DNA of 64,000 nt from Eledone cirrhosa (Eukaryota): assembly GCA_964016885.1 (NCBI GenBank), contig OZ024740.1, positions 333,684,001 through 333,748,000 on the forward strand, in the 5' to 3' direction. Within the stretch, counting starts at the first letter, position 1, and each line of letters opens with the position of its first letter. Shown piece after piece: positions 12,480 through 23,284 of this stretch. Made by a program: the position numbers and the translations under genes. The notes beneath the pieces are model-generated. The model searched no databases, was not told the DNA's origin, and worked only from the letters and a program-made list of their open reading frames with translations.

Positions 12480-14725
12480 TACCTCCGTTCTATAGTTAAT
12501 CGGTAGAGGTCCTGATAGAGTTATGTAATATGCTTCGGTAATACAGAGATCACAAGATTTTCTTCGTCCATTGACCGGTTGGGCCCTAGACACGATATCC
12601 CATTTTAGTGAGTGTTGAACGTTGCTTAATTTAAGGTTTTTAATGAGCCTAGCTAGCGATGTCGAACATCTGTTGCTAGGGTCTCGGAAGGAAAAAGAGC
12701 GCGCGTTATAGCGTACTTTAAAAGGGTTAGAGGTAGACCCGATATAAGAGCTGGTATTCGAAGCAGTTTTAACCGTGCATCTATTGACTATGTTGGGTGT
12801 CAGGCAGTGTCCATTTAATGAGTATGCATTGGGGTAACGGCAGTTGCTTCTGCGGTTAGTGAGAGTAGGGTAGTTTAACCTAAGCGGTAGGTCACTGCTA
12901 GAATGATTAGATGGGGGAGGTGTGCTACTAGAGTAATTATTGGTGTAGTGGCGTGGTGTATTTGATAGGGGTGGTGGTACCGCGGTCTGGGAGTTTTACT
13001 GTCTTAGTTTATGATGGTTACTGAATGCGATGTGGCTAGCTAGGTTAGGTATTGTGGAGAATGAGATTTTAATGTTATTTTTATTAAACAGTTTGTAATA
13101 TATATGTGTGTGGAGGGGGGGGTGTTTAGATAGGATAGAGAAGAAGCGTTTGGGGATATTAGTGGCTAGATTAGATGAGAATGGGGGGGTTAAGCCAGGT
13201 GATATTTCTAGGTCTATTCCTTCTAGGGGTTCTAGTGGAGTTGGTAGGGGCCTTCCTAGGGTTATTATTACCTGGGCATTTGTTATTTGTCATCCCATTT
13301 CTCATTCTTATTCTAGGGTTGATTTTTAGTTTGCTACTTGGAGTGGGGAGCAGGCCGCTGCCACCATTAAACTTCCATGTATAGGTGCTGTTACTGCTAA
13401 AATTCCTGCGAATCTGGCTATATGCTAAGGTATTTCTAGTTCTAGTGTTAAGTTTATTATGGTGAATTGCTGTGTTATGGCATTTAGGTGTGTAATAAAG
13501 TGATTGTTCATAACCAGATTCAGAAAGAGCCTTATTATAATATTGTGCATGATTTATAAATATCTCCTCATTTGCTGATAGCATTGAGATCCTATACGAG
13601 AGTTTTGATTACTGCTCTGATGACTGCCGGTGGGTGTTTAGAGTGTGGGCTAATATATGTGAGTATTTCTCCTGGTTTATGGTAAGGGTAATATAGGTTA
13701 TTGTTGAGATCCAGGGTGAAGTCTAGGAAGTTTACTACTTTATGTTTCGGCTCGATGGGGATAGAGTGACCGTTATTTTTAAAGAATCTATATAATTGTT
13801 TTTTTAGCAAATCGATGCCCCGATTAGTGCAATTGTTGACTGCAAATAGGGCGTCGTCCCTGTATATTCCGCCTTGCAAGGGTTGGATTTCGGCTCTGAT
13901 GTTATGTAATATGTAAATTCCAACTAAATCGGTGATTTGCGCGGAGGCACTTGAGCCCATCGTAATGTCAAAATTGTCCGTTCTATCTTTTCTAGTCCAG
14001 AGTGCTCCGTTGAATTCAATGATAGTCTGCCTAGCCATAAGTATGATGTTAATTTCCTTATTGGTTATGTCCGAGTTGGTGCTGGCTAGGGTTAATGCTT
14101 TGTTGAGCAGTTCCGGGGTTATTGACGCGTAGCTGTAGATGTCAAATTGGATGAACTTCATAGATTCTTTGGATCTTAGATCGGAGAACCATCTAATGAG
14201 TTGGCCGGTGTTGGACCAAAAATTGTAGGTGATATCATCCCGTAGCCCAGGGATTATCCTATCAAGGATTTTCTTACTGATGCGGCCCAGTTCAGATGTG
14301 GTTGGGCTTATAAGTCTAATAGATGGGTTCTCTATAAAGTTTGGCTTATGATCTTTGAGAGAGAACCTTGGGGTTGTTGGTACATAAGGGTGGGTAAATC
14401 TATCCAGATGCAAGTCCTTAACCAAAGCCTGGGCTTTTCGGTTAAGTACGTTTACACTGGAGGGTATAGTTTTTTTATAGTTTCTATTGAGTTCTTTAAG
14501 AAGGAAAGAGTTGTAAGTTTCAGGAGTCATGGTGTATAGATTTTTAGTTTTGTCAGACATAACATGTAAGAGGTGGCTATCTTTAAATTTTGTTATAGTT
14601 GTTGCTAATTTAGTGAGGAAATTATTATTGTGTCTATAATGCTTTTTAAATATAATGCTCCTGACGAAGTTGAATAGATCTTTCTCAAAAGGGTCCAGCA
14701 GGATTTTGTGTGGGGGGTTCTTGCA
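12480..14725 (-). pseudogene. PLE RT + GIY-YIG, degraded
   Basis: SIRLISP, FIQFDI, ITMGS, GIYRDD, VNFLD. The endonuclease reads NGHCLTPNIV...SYIGSTSNPFKVRYN...LKWDIV...CDLCITE. Confidence 0.88.
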
Positions 14726-14947
14726 TTTACTTCCCCTGAAACCACCCTCTAATTAGTAAGGTAAATATGTCCTTTAGCAGACATCTTGTTACACATAGGC
14801 AGATCTCACACAATGCAGCTTCCACAGATGAATACTGCTTGATTATGGCTGACAACTGATGCAACCAAAACACCATAGTGAAAACCAATATATGGAACAT
14901 TACCTTATGTAACATTCTCTCATTATTTTAATTTATATTCCTTTGAA

Positions 14948-15067
14948 GTTCGGATGAGCCGCTCTGTCTTTCACATATGTTAATTATTTTCAACTGAACC
15001 AGATCAATTATGATATATAGTCATCTGATCCAGAAATATCATATAGAGTAGCGAAACAACTGTAAAC
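14948..15067 (+). ncRNA. Hammerhead-like motif with ~95-nt extended stem II region (mirror at 11922-12041, minus)
   Basis: gtt-C(G/C)GATGA-gccgctct...agagtagc-GAAA-caa(c/t)tg-TA^aac. Stem III is the palindrome acaattgt in the left copy. Confidence 0.5.
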
Positions 15068-15204
15068 GGACATTATTATTATTAATATTATTATTATTAT
15101 TATTATTATTATTCTCTACATTGCTTACATCAAACTAAAATATGTTGACAATCTTTTAATAATGTTTTCCTTGTGAAATGTGTGGTCTTGTTTTGCTTAA
15201 CTAA

Positions 15205-15261
<57 letters not shown>

Positions 15262-15269
<8 letters not shown>

Positions 15270-16300
15270 AAGTAGAATTGGAGCTCTGAAATAGCAATAT
15301 ATAATTGGATGTATATATAATGTATTTTGCAATACACTTGAAGCTTAATTATAAGCATTTTGAAGACCGTATGCTATTGTTTTAGAGTAGTGACAAATTC
15401 ACTTACTTTAATCTCAGCAAACAGGGGAGATTTAGTTAAGCAAAACAAGACCACACATTTCACAAGGAAAACATTATTAAAAGATTGTCAACATATTTTA
15501 GTTTGATGTAAGGAATGTAGAGAATAATAATAATAATAATATTAATAATAATAATGTCCGTTTGCTGAGATTAAAGTAAGTGAATTTGTCACTACTCTAA
15601 TAGTCTTCAAAATGCTTTTAATTAAGCATAAAGTGTATTGCAAAATACATTATATATACATCCATATATATATTACTATTTCAGAGCTCCAATTCTAATT
15701 TTTAATTTCTGCCTGACCAACAATCGCTCTGTATAATCAGTTCCTGATTATTTACTAGAATTCTATAAGAATATAACATCAGTAATCTCAGTAGACAGGA
15801 GGAGTAGTTAGCCTTGATAAGCTTCAACAAAAGCGAAACAAGGACTTGTCTGCTTATCTCGCCTGTTTGCTGAGATTAAAGTAAGTGAATTTGTCACTAC
15901 TCTAAAACAATAGCATACGGTCTTCAAAATGCTTTTAATTAAGCATAAATTGTATTGCAAAATACATTATATATACATCCATATATATATTGCTATTTCA
16001 GAGCTCCAATTCTATTTTTTTTATTTCTGCCTTACCAACAATCGCTCTGTATTATCAGTTCCTGATTATTTACTAGAATTCTATAAGAATATAACATCAG
16101 TAATCTCAGTAGACAGGAGGAGTAGTTAGCCTTGATAAGCTTCAACAAAAGCGAAACAAGGCCTTGTCGGCTTATCTCCCCTGTTTGCTGAGATTAAAGT
16201 AAGTGAATTTGTCACTACTCTAAAACGATAGCATACGGTCTTCAAAATGCTTTTAATTAAGCATAAAGTGTATTGCAAAATACATTATATATACATCCAT
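15262..16300 (+). repeat. 318-bp tandem repeat (~2.3 units) with one hammerhead per unit and an inverted 5' segment
   Basis: Units run 15564-16300 with period 318. 15262-15430 is an inverted unit fragment. Flanked by (TA)n. Confidence 0.88.
16128..16172 (+). ncRNA. Type I hammerhead ribozyme (U3:A8); mutated sister copy at 15810-15854
   Basis: agcc-TTGATAA-gctt(caacaa)aagc-GAAA-caaggccttg-TC^ggct, palindromic stem III acaaggccttgt. Confidence 0.8.
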
Positions 16301-17070
16301 ATATATATATATATATATATTTATTTATATATATATTTACGCAAACACTTCATATCTGTTCGACACGCAGTGACTAACAACAGAATGTTTTAAGACTGCG
16401 TTTTTGACATATATGCGTAGCTTGTCAATAAATAAATTTGAAGGGGTGTCGCTGGTCGTGGTGATGATCGCTTCCAAACATGTTTTGTAATGTATCGTCT
16501 TATTGGTTAATCTCATCGTCTTATTGGCTAATCAACCAACGATAGTAAGTGTTGCTCAAAAGCATCCGCCATTTTGTTTGCACGTTTATTTATCGTTTCG
16601 CTTTCGAATCTTCCTACTTTATTTCGTCGGTTATCATCGAAATATTTTTCTCGTTTGGGTAAGTTATATTGTTAATTTATATATGATTTTTAAAATTTAT
16701 ATTAACTATTTTTTTTTTCAGTTCGTTATAACATGCTTATAATATTGGTTGTATCATATTTACTTGTATATTTGCCCATAGTATTGTTCTTTTTATGTTA
16801 GTTATTTTATTATTATTATGTTAGACTATTTGTATGTAATATTTAATTTTATAAATTCACTATAACAATTATTATGTAAAATATATTTATTTAATATTGA
16901 TTGTGTTTTGTAGTTGTTTATATTAAGAGTGTGCAAATATTTTTATACATCTTACAATAATATTTATAACATCATTTATAAAATAACAATTATATAATCT
17001 AATTACATTACAACGATAATGTATTATTAATATATATATCATGTTTAACTAGAGTTATTACAAGCGTTGC

Positions 17071-17536
17071 CTTAAAACAATATGAAACTAGACCTGAAAA
17101 ATGCCCAAGCTCAAAAGAGCCACAGAATGTTATAATACACCTTAAAATGTGTGGGACTAGAGTTGTTGCTCAAAGATATTGTAAACATTATCTATCGTAC
17201 ATTCTGTCGCATCCTTTTATAAAAAAGAGACTCATAACGAACTTAAGACGACACGATAATTATTTAAGTGAATTTATAATATAGAGTTTAAGTGCTATCG
17301 TATTAATCATTACTAAACATCTAATATGAGATATTGAACATTAGCTTAAATAATTATCGTGTCGTCTTGGGTTCGTTATAAGTCTCTTTTTTTTATAAAA
17401 GGATGCCACAGAATGTACGATAGATAATGATTACAATATTTTCGAGCAACAAATCTAGTCCCACACATTTGAAGATTTATTATAACATTCTGTGGCTCTT
17501 TTGAGCTTGGGCATTTTTCAGGTCTAGTGTATATAT
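17071..17536. mobile_element. Fold-back element with ~180-bp inverted repeats
   Basis: 17087-17268 is the imperfect reverse complement of 17345-17528. Confidence 0.75.
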
Positions 17537-18469
17537 GCACGGGTAAGAACATTGGTAATAGCAACTCCAATGAGAAACGTTTATTTGTGAGTGCGTGTTA
17601 AAAATTCACGAAAATATACCCACAGGAAAGTTGCTTTACTTGGAGAAAAATAAGAAGTTGAAAGTACAGTTTAGCTGTCTACGTGCATTGTTAAGAGAAA
17701 TATTGTTGAGCCCCTTCTTTTCATACTCCTTCTGTGACAGTTGACTCCCGGCCCTTCCACTCTGATTTGGCCTATTGGAGTAAATGTAAAAGAAAAAGTC
17801 ACAGGGTAAGTTGGCAGCAGGTTCCAGTGTCATAGCAGTAAGGCGTAGGCTACTAACCTCAAAAGTTCATTCGCACTCTTTCCACCACTTTACTCTTTCT
17901 CTCTATCCCCTCGGTGGATTTATTCCTAGTTGTTAATTGCTAAAGAAAATAAAAAAGTGTTTTGCTTAACGTCAGCGTACGTGATTTTATCATAGGTGAG
18001 GGGATATTTTGGTGAGGGCTTTCTAAAAAAGATCCACTATTTCTGGCTACTGGGGTTAGTGGAAATGACTCAGGATATGTTATCAAAAAAATAGTAAATG
18101 GCACTTACCGATTGAAAAATAATCCGATCATCGGAATGGTAATCTCAACAGTAAATGGTAACCTGGGCTGGCTTTCCTCGCTTACGTACCAAGATACATA
18201 GAAATTACCGCTTAACGCCACCGTATGTGATTTTTAACATAGGTGTGGGGAAATATTTTGGAGGCGGCTTTCTAAAATGATCCATTGTTTCTATCTAAGA
18301 ACGGGGCATATGGCCTGATACTAACACCAATAACGATTAGAAGTAAATATTTCGAAAAACGTTGGAAAACCGAAGGAAAATGGAAGGCGATACTTTGGTT
18401 CGTGAAAACTATCCTTGGCAATTAACGGAATAATACGTCATCTATGTTTGTCATAATGTCGTAATGCAG

Positions 18470-18660
18470 AGAGCCATGGATTGGCAGAATCGGTAGAGAG
18501 TCGGACACTATGCTTTCAAGCATAGAGTTAAGCCACTTTATGATCTGAGTTAAAATCTCGCCGAGGTTAAATTTGTCTTTTATCCTTACGGGGTCGATAA
18601 AATAAAGTACCAGTAATATACTGGGTAATTGGTGGCCTTGTGCCAACAATAGAAACAATT
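18470..18660 (+). mobile_element. tRNA-derived SINE nested in the Helitron
   Basis: A-box-like tggcagaatcggt, B-box-like gagttaaaatc, and the core ...ttatccttacggggtcgataaaataaagtaccag. Confidence 0.8.
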
Positions 18661-18846
18661 ATAAGGGCGCGACGGAGATCAATAACCGGCGCCTAACACC
18701 CCTTTACAACAGAAAATTGAAAACTAAAAGCTGCAGTTAATACATTTAGACCGCAAGGAATATATAAATGCAAGTTTGAAGTCGATCGGACTAGAAATTT
18801 GGAGATGTATAGACTTTGCAAAAATGAGGACACACACATAATTTCA

Positions 18847-18918
<72 letters not shown>

Positions 18919-18920
<2 letters not shown>

Positions 18921-21620
18921 ACATTCCCCAATGGATACAGTGAATACGTCACTGTTAACAATAAAGCCAATGACCTGACATTAGTTGGGCTCTATAGGCC
19001 GCCACAAACACCCATAATCTGCTTAAAAGAATGCCTCAACAGTTTTAAATGCTTTATTAAACAATGCCATTCTAGCAACATACTTTTGATAGGAGACTTT
19101 AATCTACCCTGTGTCGATTGGTCTACATGTAATTTGAAACCAGGCACCACAACCTAAACGACTGACAAAGAATCGTCAAGTCACTTCTTGACATCATGAA
19201 TGAGTGTTTCTTGTCCCGACTTGTCCTTCCACCAACGAGGCAGCAGAAGAACATTCTGGATCTATTGTTTAATACATAATATTACAGTGGAAAAAAACCC
19301 TTCTCTCAGACTGACATGGTTGTTTGTAACCTGAGATTCCACCAGCCGAAAGCTAATCTCAGGGTCCTCTTTCCAGCCCACCCATTTGATAACATGGATC
19401 TCTACCATGCCAACTGTGATGCAATTATGAAGGAACTATCACTTGTCGTTTGATCTTTTACACACGCACCTACTTCCAGCAACATCCAAATATTTTGGCA
19501 GTTCTTTGTAGACACTGTCACAAATATATGTACAAAACACACCCCACCAAAACCTGTGATCAAAACCAAGTGCAGTATCCCCCAAAACAGAAAAATAATT
19601 ATCAGAAAAATAAAAAGAACAAACAAAAATATTAACACACTAAATTACTGCCAACAGCAACACACACATTCGATGGCTATTGCCCTGCTTGAGTAAAAAA
19701 AATATAACCTCCAGCAATGCATCATGACCATCATCAATAACCGGAGAATAGCAGAAGAGAGGTGGGCCATTGAGAAAATCAAACTCAACCCCAAAGAGTT
19801 CTTTTCATTTGCTAAAAAACACAAGGTCACCGTCTCCACTGTTGGCTCTCTAGTTGATGAAAATGGCACACTCCAAGACAATGCCAAAACCATTGGCGAG
19901 ATACTGCAAAAACAATACTGTTCTGTTTTCAGCAATCCTGATATGGCCGATCTGCGCTGTATTAGTGATGTTAATCCCGAACACACTATATCAGACATAA
20001 CGTTTGGCGCCCCTGATGTCTTAGCGGCAATATACGAAATTAAACACAATTCAGCAGTAGGCCCCGACAGGTTCTCTGCTTGTATTCTGAAGGTGTGCCA
20101 ACACCAACTTGCATCTCCTCTTGCTAATCTGTGGAGGAACTCACTGGACATTGGCTATATTCCTGAAAACTTTCTGTCCCATTCCGTTGTCGCAGTCATC
20201 AAAAAGGGAAATAAGTCCCTTGCTGTGAACTACCGTCCGATCTCAGTCACCTCGCATATTATCAAGGTATTTGGGAGGGTGGTGAGGTCACGAATAACCC
20301 ACTTTCTTGAAAACAACGGCCTGCTGAACTCCAACCAACATGGGTCCCGTAATGGAAGGGACTACCAAACGCAGCTCCTGCATCATGTTGACGTTGTTTT
20401 GAGAGCCTTGGGAGAGAGCTCCAACACTGATGTCATCTACCTTGATTTCAGCAAGACCTTTGACAGGGTTGATCATAAGTTTCTACTGAAAAAAACTATC
20501 CAATGTTGGTGTCTCTGGAAGGTTATTACAGTGGATCAAATGTTTCCTGACAGACAGAACCCCACATGCTGTAGTCGAAGGAGTAAAATCAAGTCCTGCC
20601 AAAGTCAGCAGTGGCGTCCCACAAGGCACTCTGTTGGGCCCACTTCTTTTCATCATCTACATTAATGACATTATTGACATCATCACGCACAGCAACATAA
20701 GAATCTTCGCAGATGATTCCAAGCTCCAAAGAGTCATCAATGAGGTGGGTGACCGGATTTGCCTTGAGTCAGACCTACAGTCTGTTATCCAATGGGCATA
20801 AATGAATAATGTGCTGTTGAATGAGGATAAGTTTTAATTAATCCACTTTGGAAAAAAGGATGCCCTGAAACTACCATACTCTCTTCCTTCGGGTGAAACT
20901 CTAGTGGCTTCCAATAACATCAGAGACCTGGGAGTAATTTTGGACAACAACATAAGCCGGGCCACTCATATAAACAGCAAAGTTGATATGGCCCGCAGAA
21001 TGTGTTCCTGGATTCTCAGAACTTTCCAGTCGAGAGATATCCACACTGTTATCCTTCTCTTCCACACGTTTGCCCGACCCCACCTTGAATACTGTTGTCC
21101 ACTGTGGTCTCCCCACACGAAATAAAGTATCATGAAAGTTGAAGTACCCCAAAGGTCAATTACAAACCAGAAAGATGTAATGACAGGCCATGACTATTGG
21201 AGTCCATTAGAAAAGCTCAAACTTTATTCTCTCCAACATCGCCGTGAGCGCTATATCATCTGCAATGTGGAAAAGATTCCATCAGCTTTGCCCAAATGAT
21301 GTTGGCATCACTGTTAGTATACACCCAAGGCTCGGGCCCCGTGCTTTCCGCCCACGACAAAAATCCCACTCGCATCTCATAACAACAATATAGCACAAAT
21401 ATTCCACTTAAATTGGCCCTGCTCTCTTTAACATTACACAAATACACATCAAAGCAGATATAGACCCCATCAAGTACAAGAAGTCTTTGGATAAATTCCT
21501 TCAGGAAATCCCCGATAAGCCTTCTACACCCGGATATGACTCCGTAAACAATAACTCTCTGCTCGAGTGGGCCATGGTGCCCAAACACTGATTTGTAAGA
21601 CTTCGCCAGTTATCAAAGTT
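18919..21620 (+). mobile_element. CR1-group LINE ORF2 (APE endonuclease + RT), degraded
   Basis: LVGLYRPP, ILLIGDFNLPCVDW, NYRPIS, YLDFSKTFDRVDH, SGVPQGTLLGPLLFIIYIND, FADDSKL, RPHLEYCCPLWSP. Several stops and frameshifts. Confidence 0.92.
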
Positions 21621-21633
21621 ATATATATACAGT

Positions 21634-21752
21634 GAAGGCGTGTGGCTGAGTGGTTAGAGAATTGGATTCGCAATCCTAAGGTTGTGAGTTCGATTCCTGG
21701 ACCAGGTGATGCGTTATGTCCTTGAGCACGACACTTTATTTCACGTTGCTCC
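21634..21752 (+). mobile_element. tRNA-derived SINE, second family (V-domain-like)
   Basis: A box tggctgagtgg, B box gttcgattcc, then gtccttgagcacgacacttt. Confidence 0.7.
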
Positions 21753-21849
21753 TTCTACCTGGAGTTGCGACCGATAGATAGTATTAGCAATTGGAAAGAC
21801 CGACGGAAACATTGTTCCCTTGGTCCGATTTGACGAAAGTCGATCGTTC

Positions 21850-21898
<49 letters not shown>

Positions 21899-22538
21899 CG
21901 TCTAACCCATGCTAGCATGGAAGAACGGACGTAAAACGGTGATGATGAAGATATATATATATATATTTATATATAGATAGATAGATATATACATATATAT
22001 AGAGAGACAGAATTAGAACACTGGAGGGTAATATCCGTATGGCCTCTCAAAGACTCAGGTATAGACAACTCCATTCAATGGAAAGCTATCACTAAGCCCA
22101 AGCCATACGTAAGGGGCAATCCGTCTTGCGGACTGTGTATAAAAGGATAACTATTCTAAGGAGATTACGCAATAGCGATTGCCTAAATTGAAGAAATGAA
22201 ATCTTCTCACGTTGGCCATATCTGGAAATATGTCTTGCATAACTGCAAAGCTCCAGATTGAATAACAACAACATTCTAATTTTCTAATCAACTCGAACAT
22301 ATTATTCCCGACACTCGCAGTGATCTGCCTTACACTTTTCGCCTGTGGTTTTGTATCGCCTGGAAGAAGTGACCGTTTCTGCGCATGCGCGTCCATACGG
22401 TTGTTCTTCCTATTCTGTATAACCATTACCAGTCCGAGCCGAAGTTCCGTTTAAGGTAAAGCAATTGTTCTCGGTATGGTGAACTAGATGTTGTGTTACT
22501 ACATCTATCTATCTATATATATATATATATATATATAT

Positions 22539-23284
22539 CCCCTCTTCCGACCAATCTCTTCACGGATTACACATATGTGAACCTTGATCCAGAGAATCCA
22601 CCACATCCCAGGATTTTACTAAGCATTCCACCACATCTTTTTACGGAATTACCTTTATGACTCACCCCACACACACACCCCAAACAATGTTTTTCCCACA
22701 CGCCACCTACATCCACAACACGCATAAACACCACACGCACACGTGCGTACCACCACATATTTACACATTCAGACTCCGGAATCCTCTCCCCCACCCCTCT
22801 ATCCACAGACGCACACCCACTCCGACCTACACCCCACCCCACATACCTTTTCCTGAACATGCAACCCCGTTCTTCCCTCAACCCTTGCTTTCACATACAC
22901 ACACACACACACGTACACCTACACACACACACCACCTTCAGCCCTCCCCTCTCGGACACCCCGTCTCCCTCTCCTCACTCCACCCGCCACCACCCCTACA
23001 CGCCCAACACCCTTCCACCACCTGTTTTACCCCATTTTAATTTTATTTTGATCATGCCTTTATTTTTAATTTCATTTGCACCGTTACCTCTCACCCCCTT
23101 TTTGCTATATATCTCTCCACCACTCCCCTACACACCCTTTGAACTCTCCTCCCACACACTTTTCACCTGAAGAAGGGTTTATGCCTGAAACGTCGTTCTC
23201 CACCACCACACCACTCTCAAGAGCGTGAAATGAATAAACATTTGTTTGTACTGCTTCTCCGTTTTGTTCCCGTTCAATTTTTCA
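22539..23284 (+). mobile_element. PLE-type 3' remnant with degenerate hammerhead (23165-23196)
   Basis: C/A-rich UTR-like tract ending in CTGAAGA-agg(gtttatg)cct-GAAA-cg-TC (stem I decayed), AATAAA, then (TA)n. Confidence 0.55.

Larger units (their letters stand above)
11485..15205 (-). mobile_element. Penelope-like element (third family) with inverted terminal repeat
   Basis: ~11660-12261 and ~14727-15205 are inverted copies flanking a minus-strand RT/GIY-YIG region. (TA)n on both sides. Confidence 0.85.
17049..18850 (-). mobile_element. Non-autonomous Helitron, second copy, with nested insertions
   Basis: Reverse-complement similarity to 5396-6534 at both ends and internally. The terminal CTAG (17049-17052) is separated from the body by an insertion. 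Confidence 0.68.

Noticed and set aside
21634-21706. tRNA gene
   Set aside because: A/B boxes are present, but the acceptor stem does not close and a SINE core follows. It is a SINE head.
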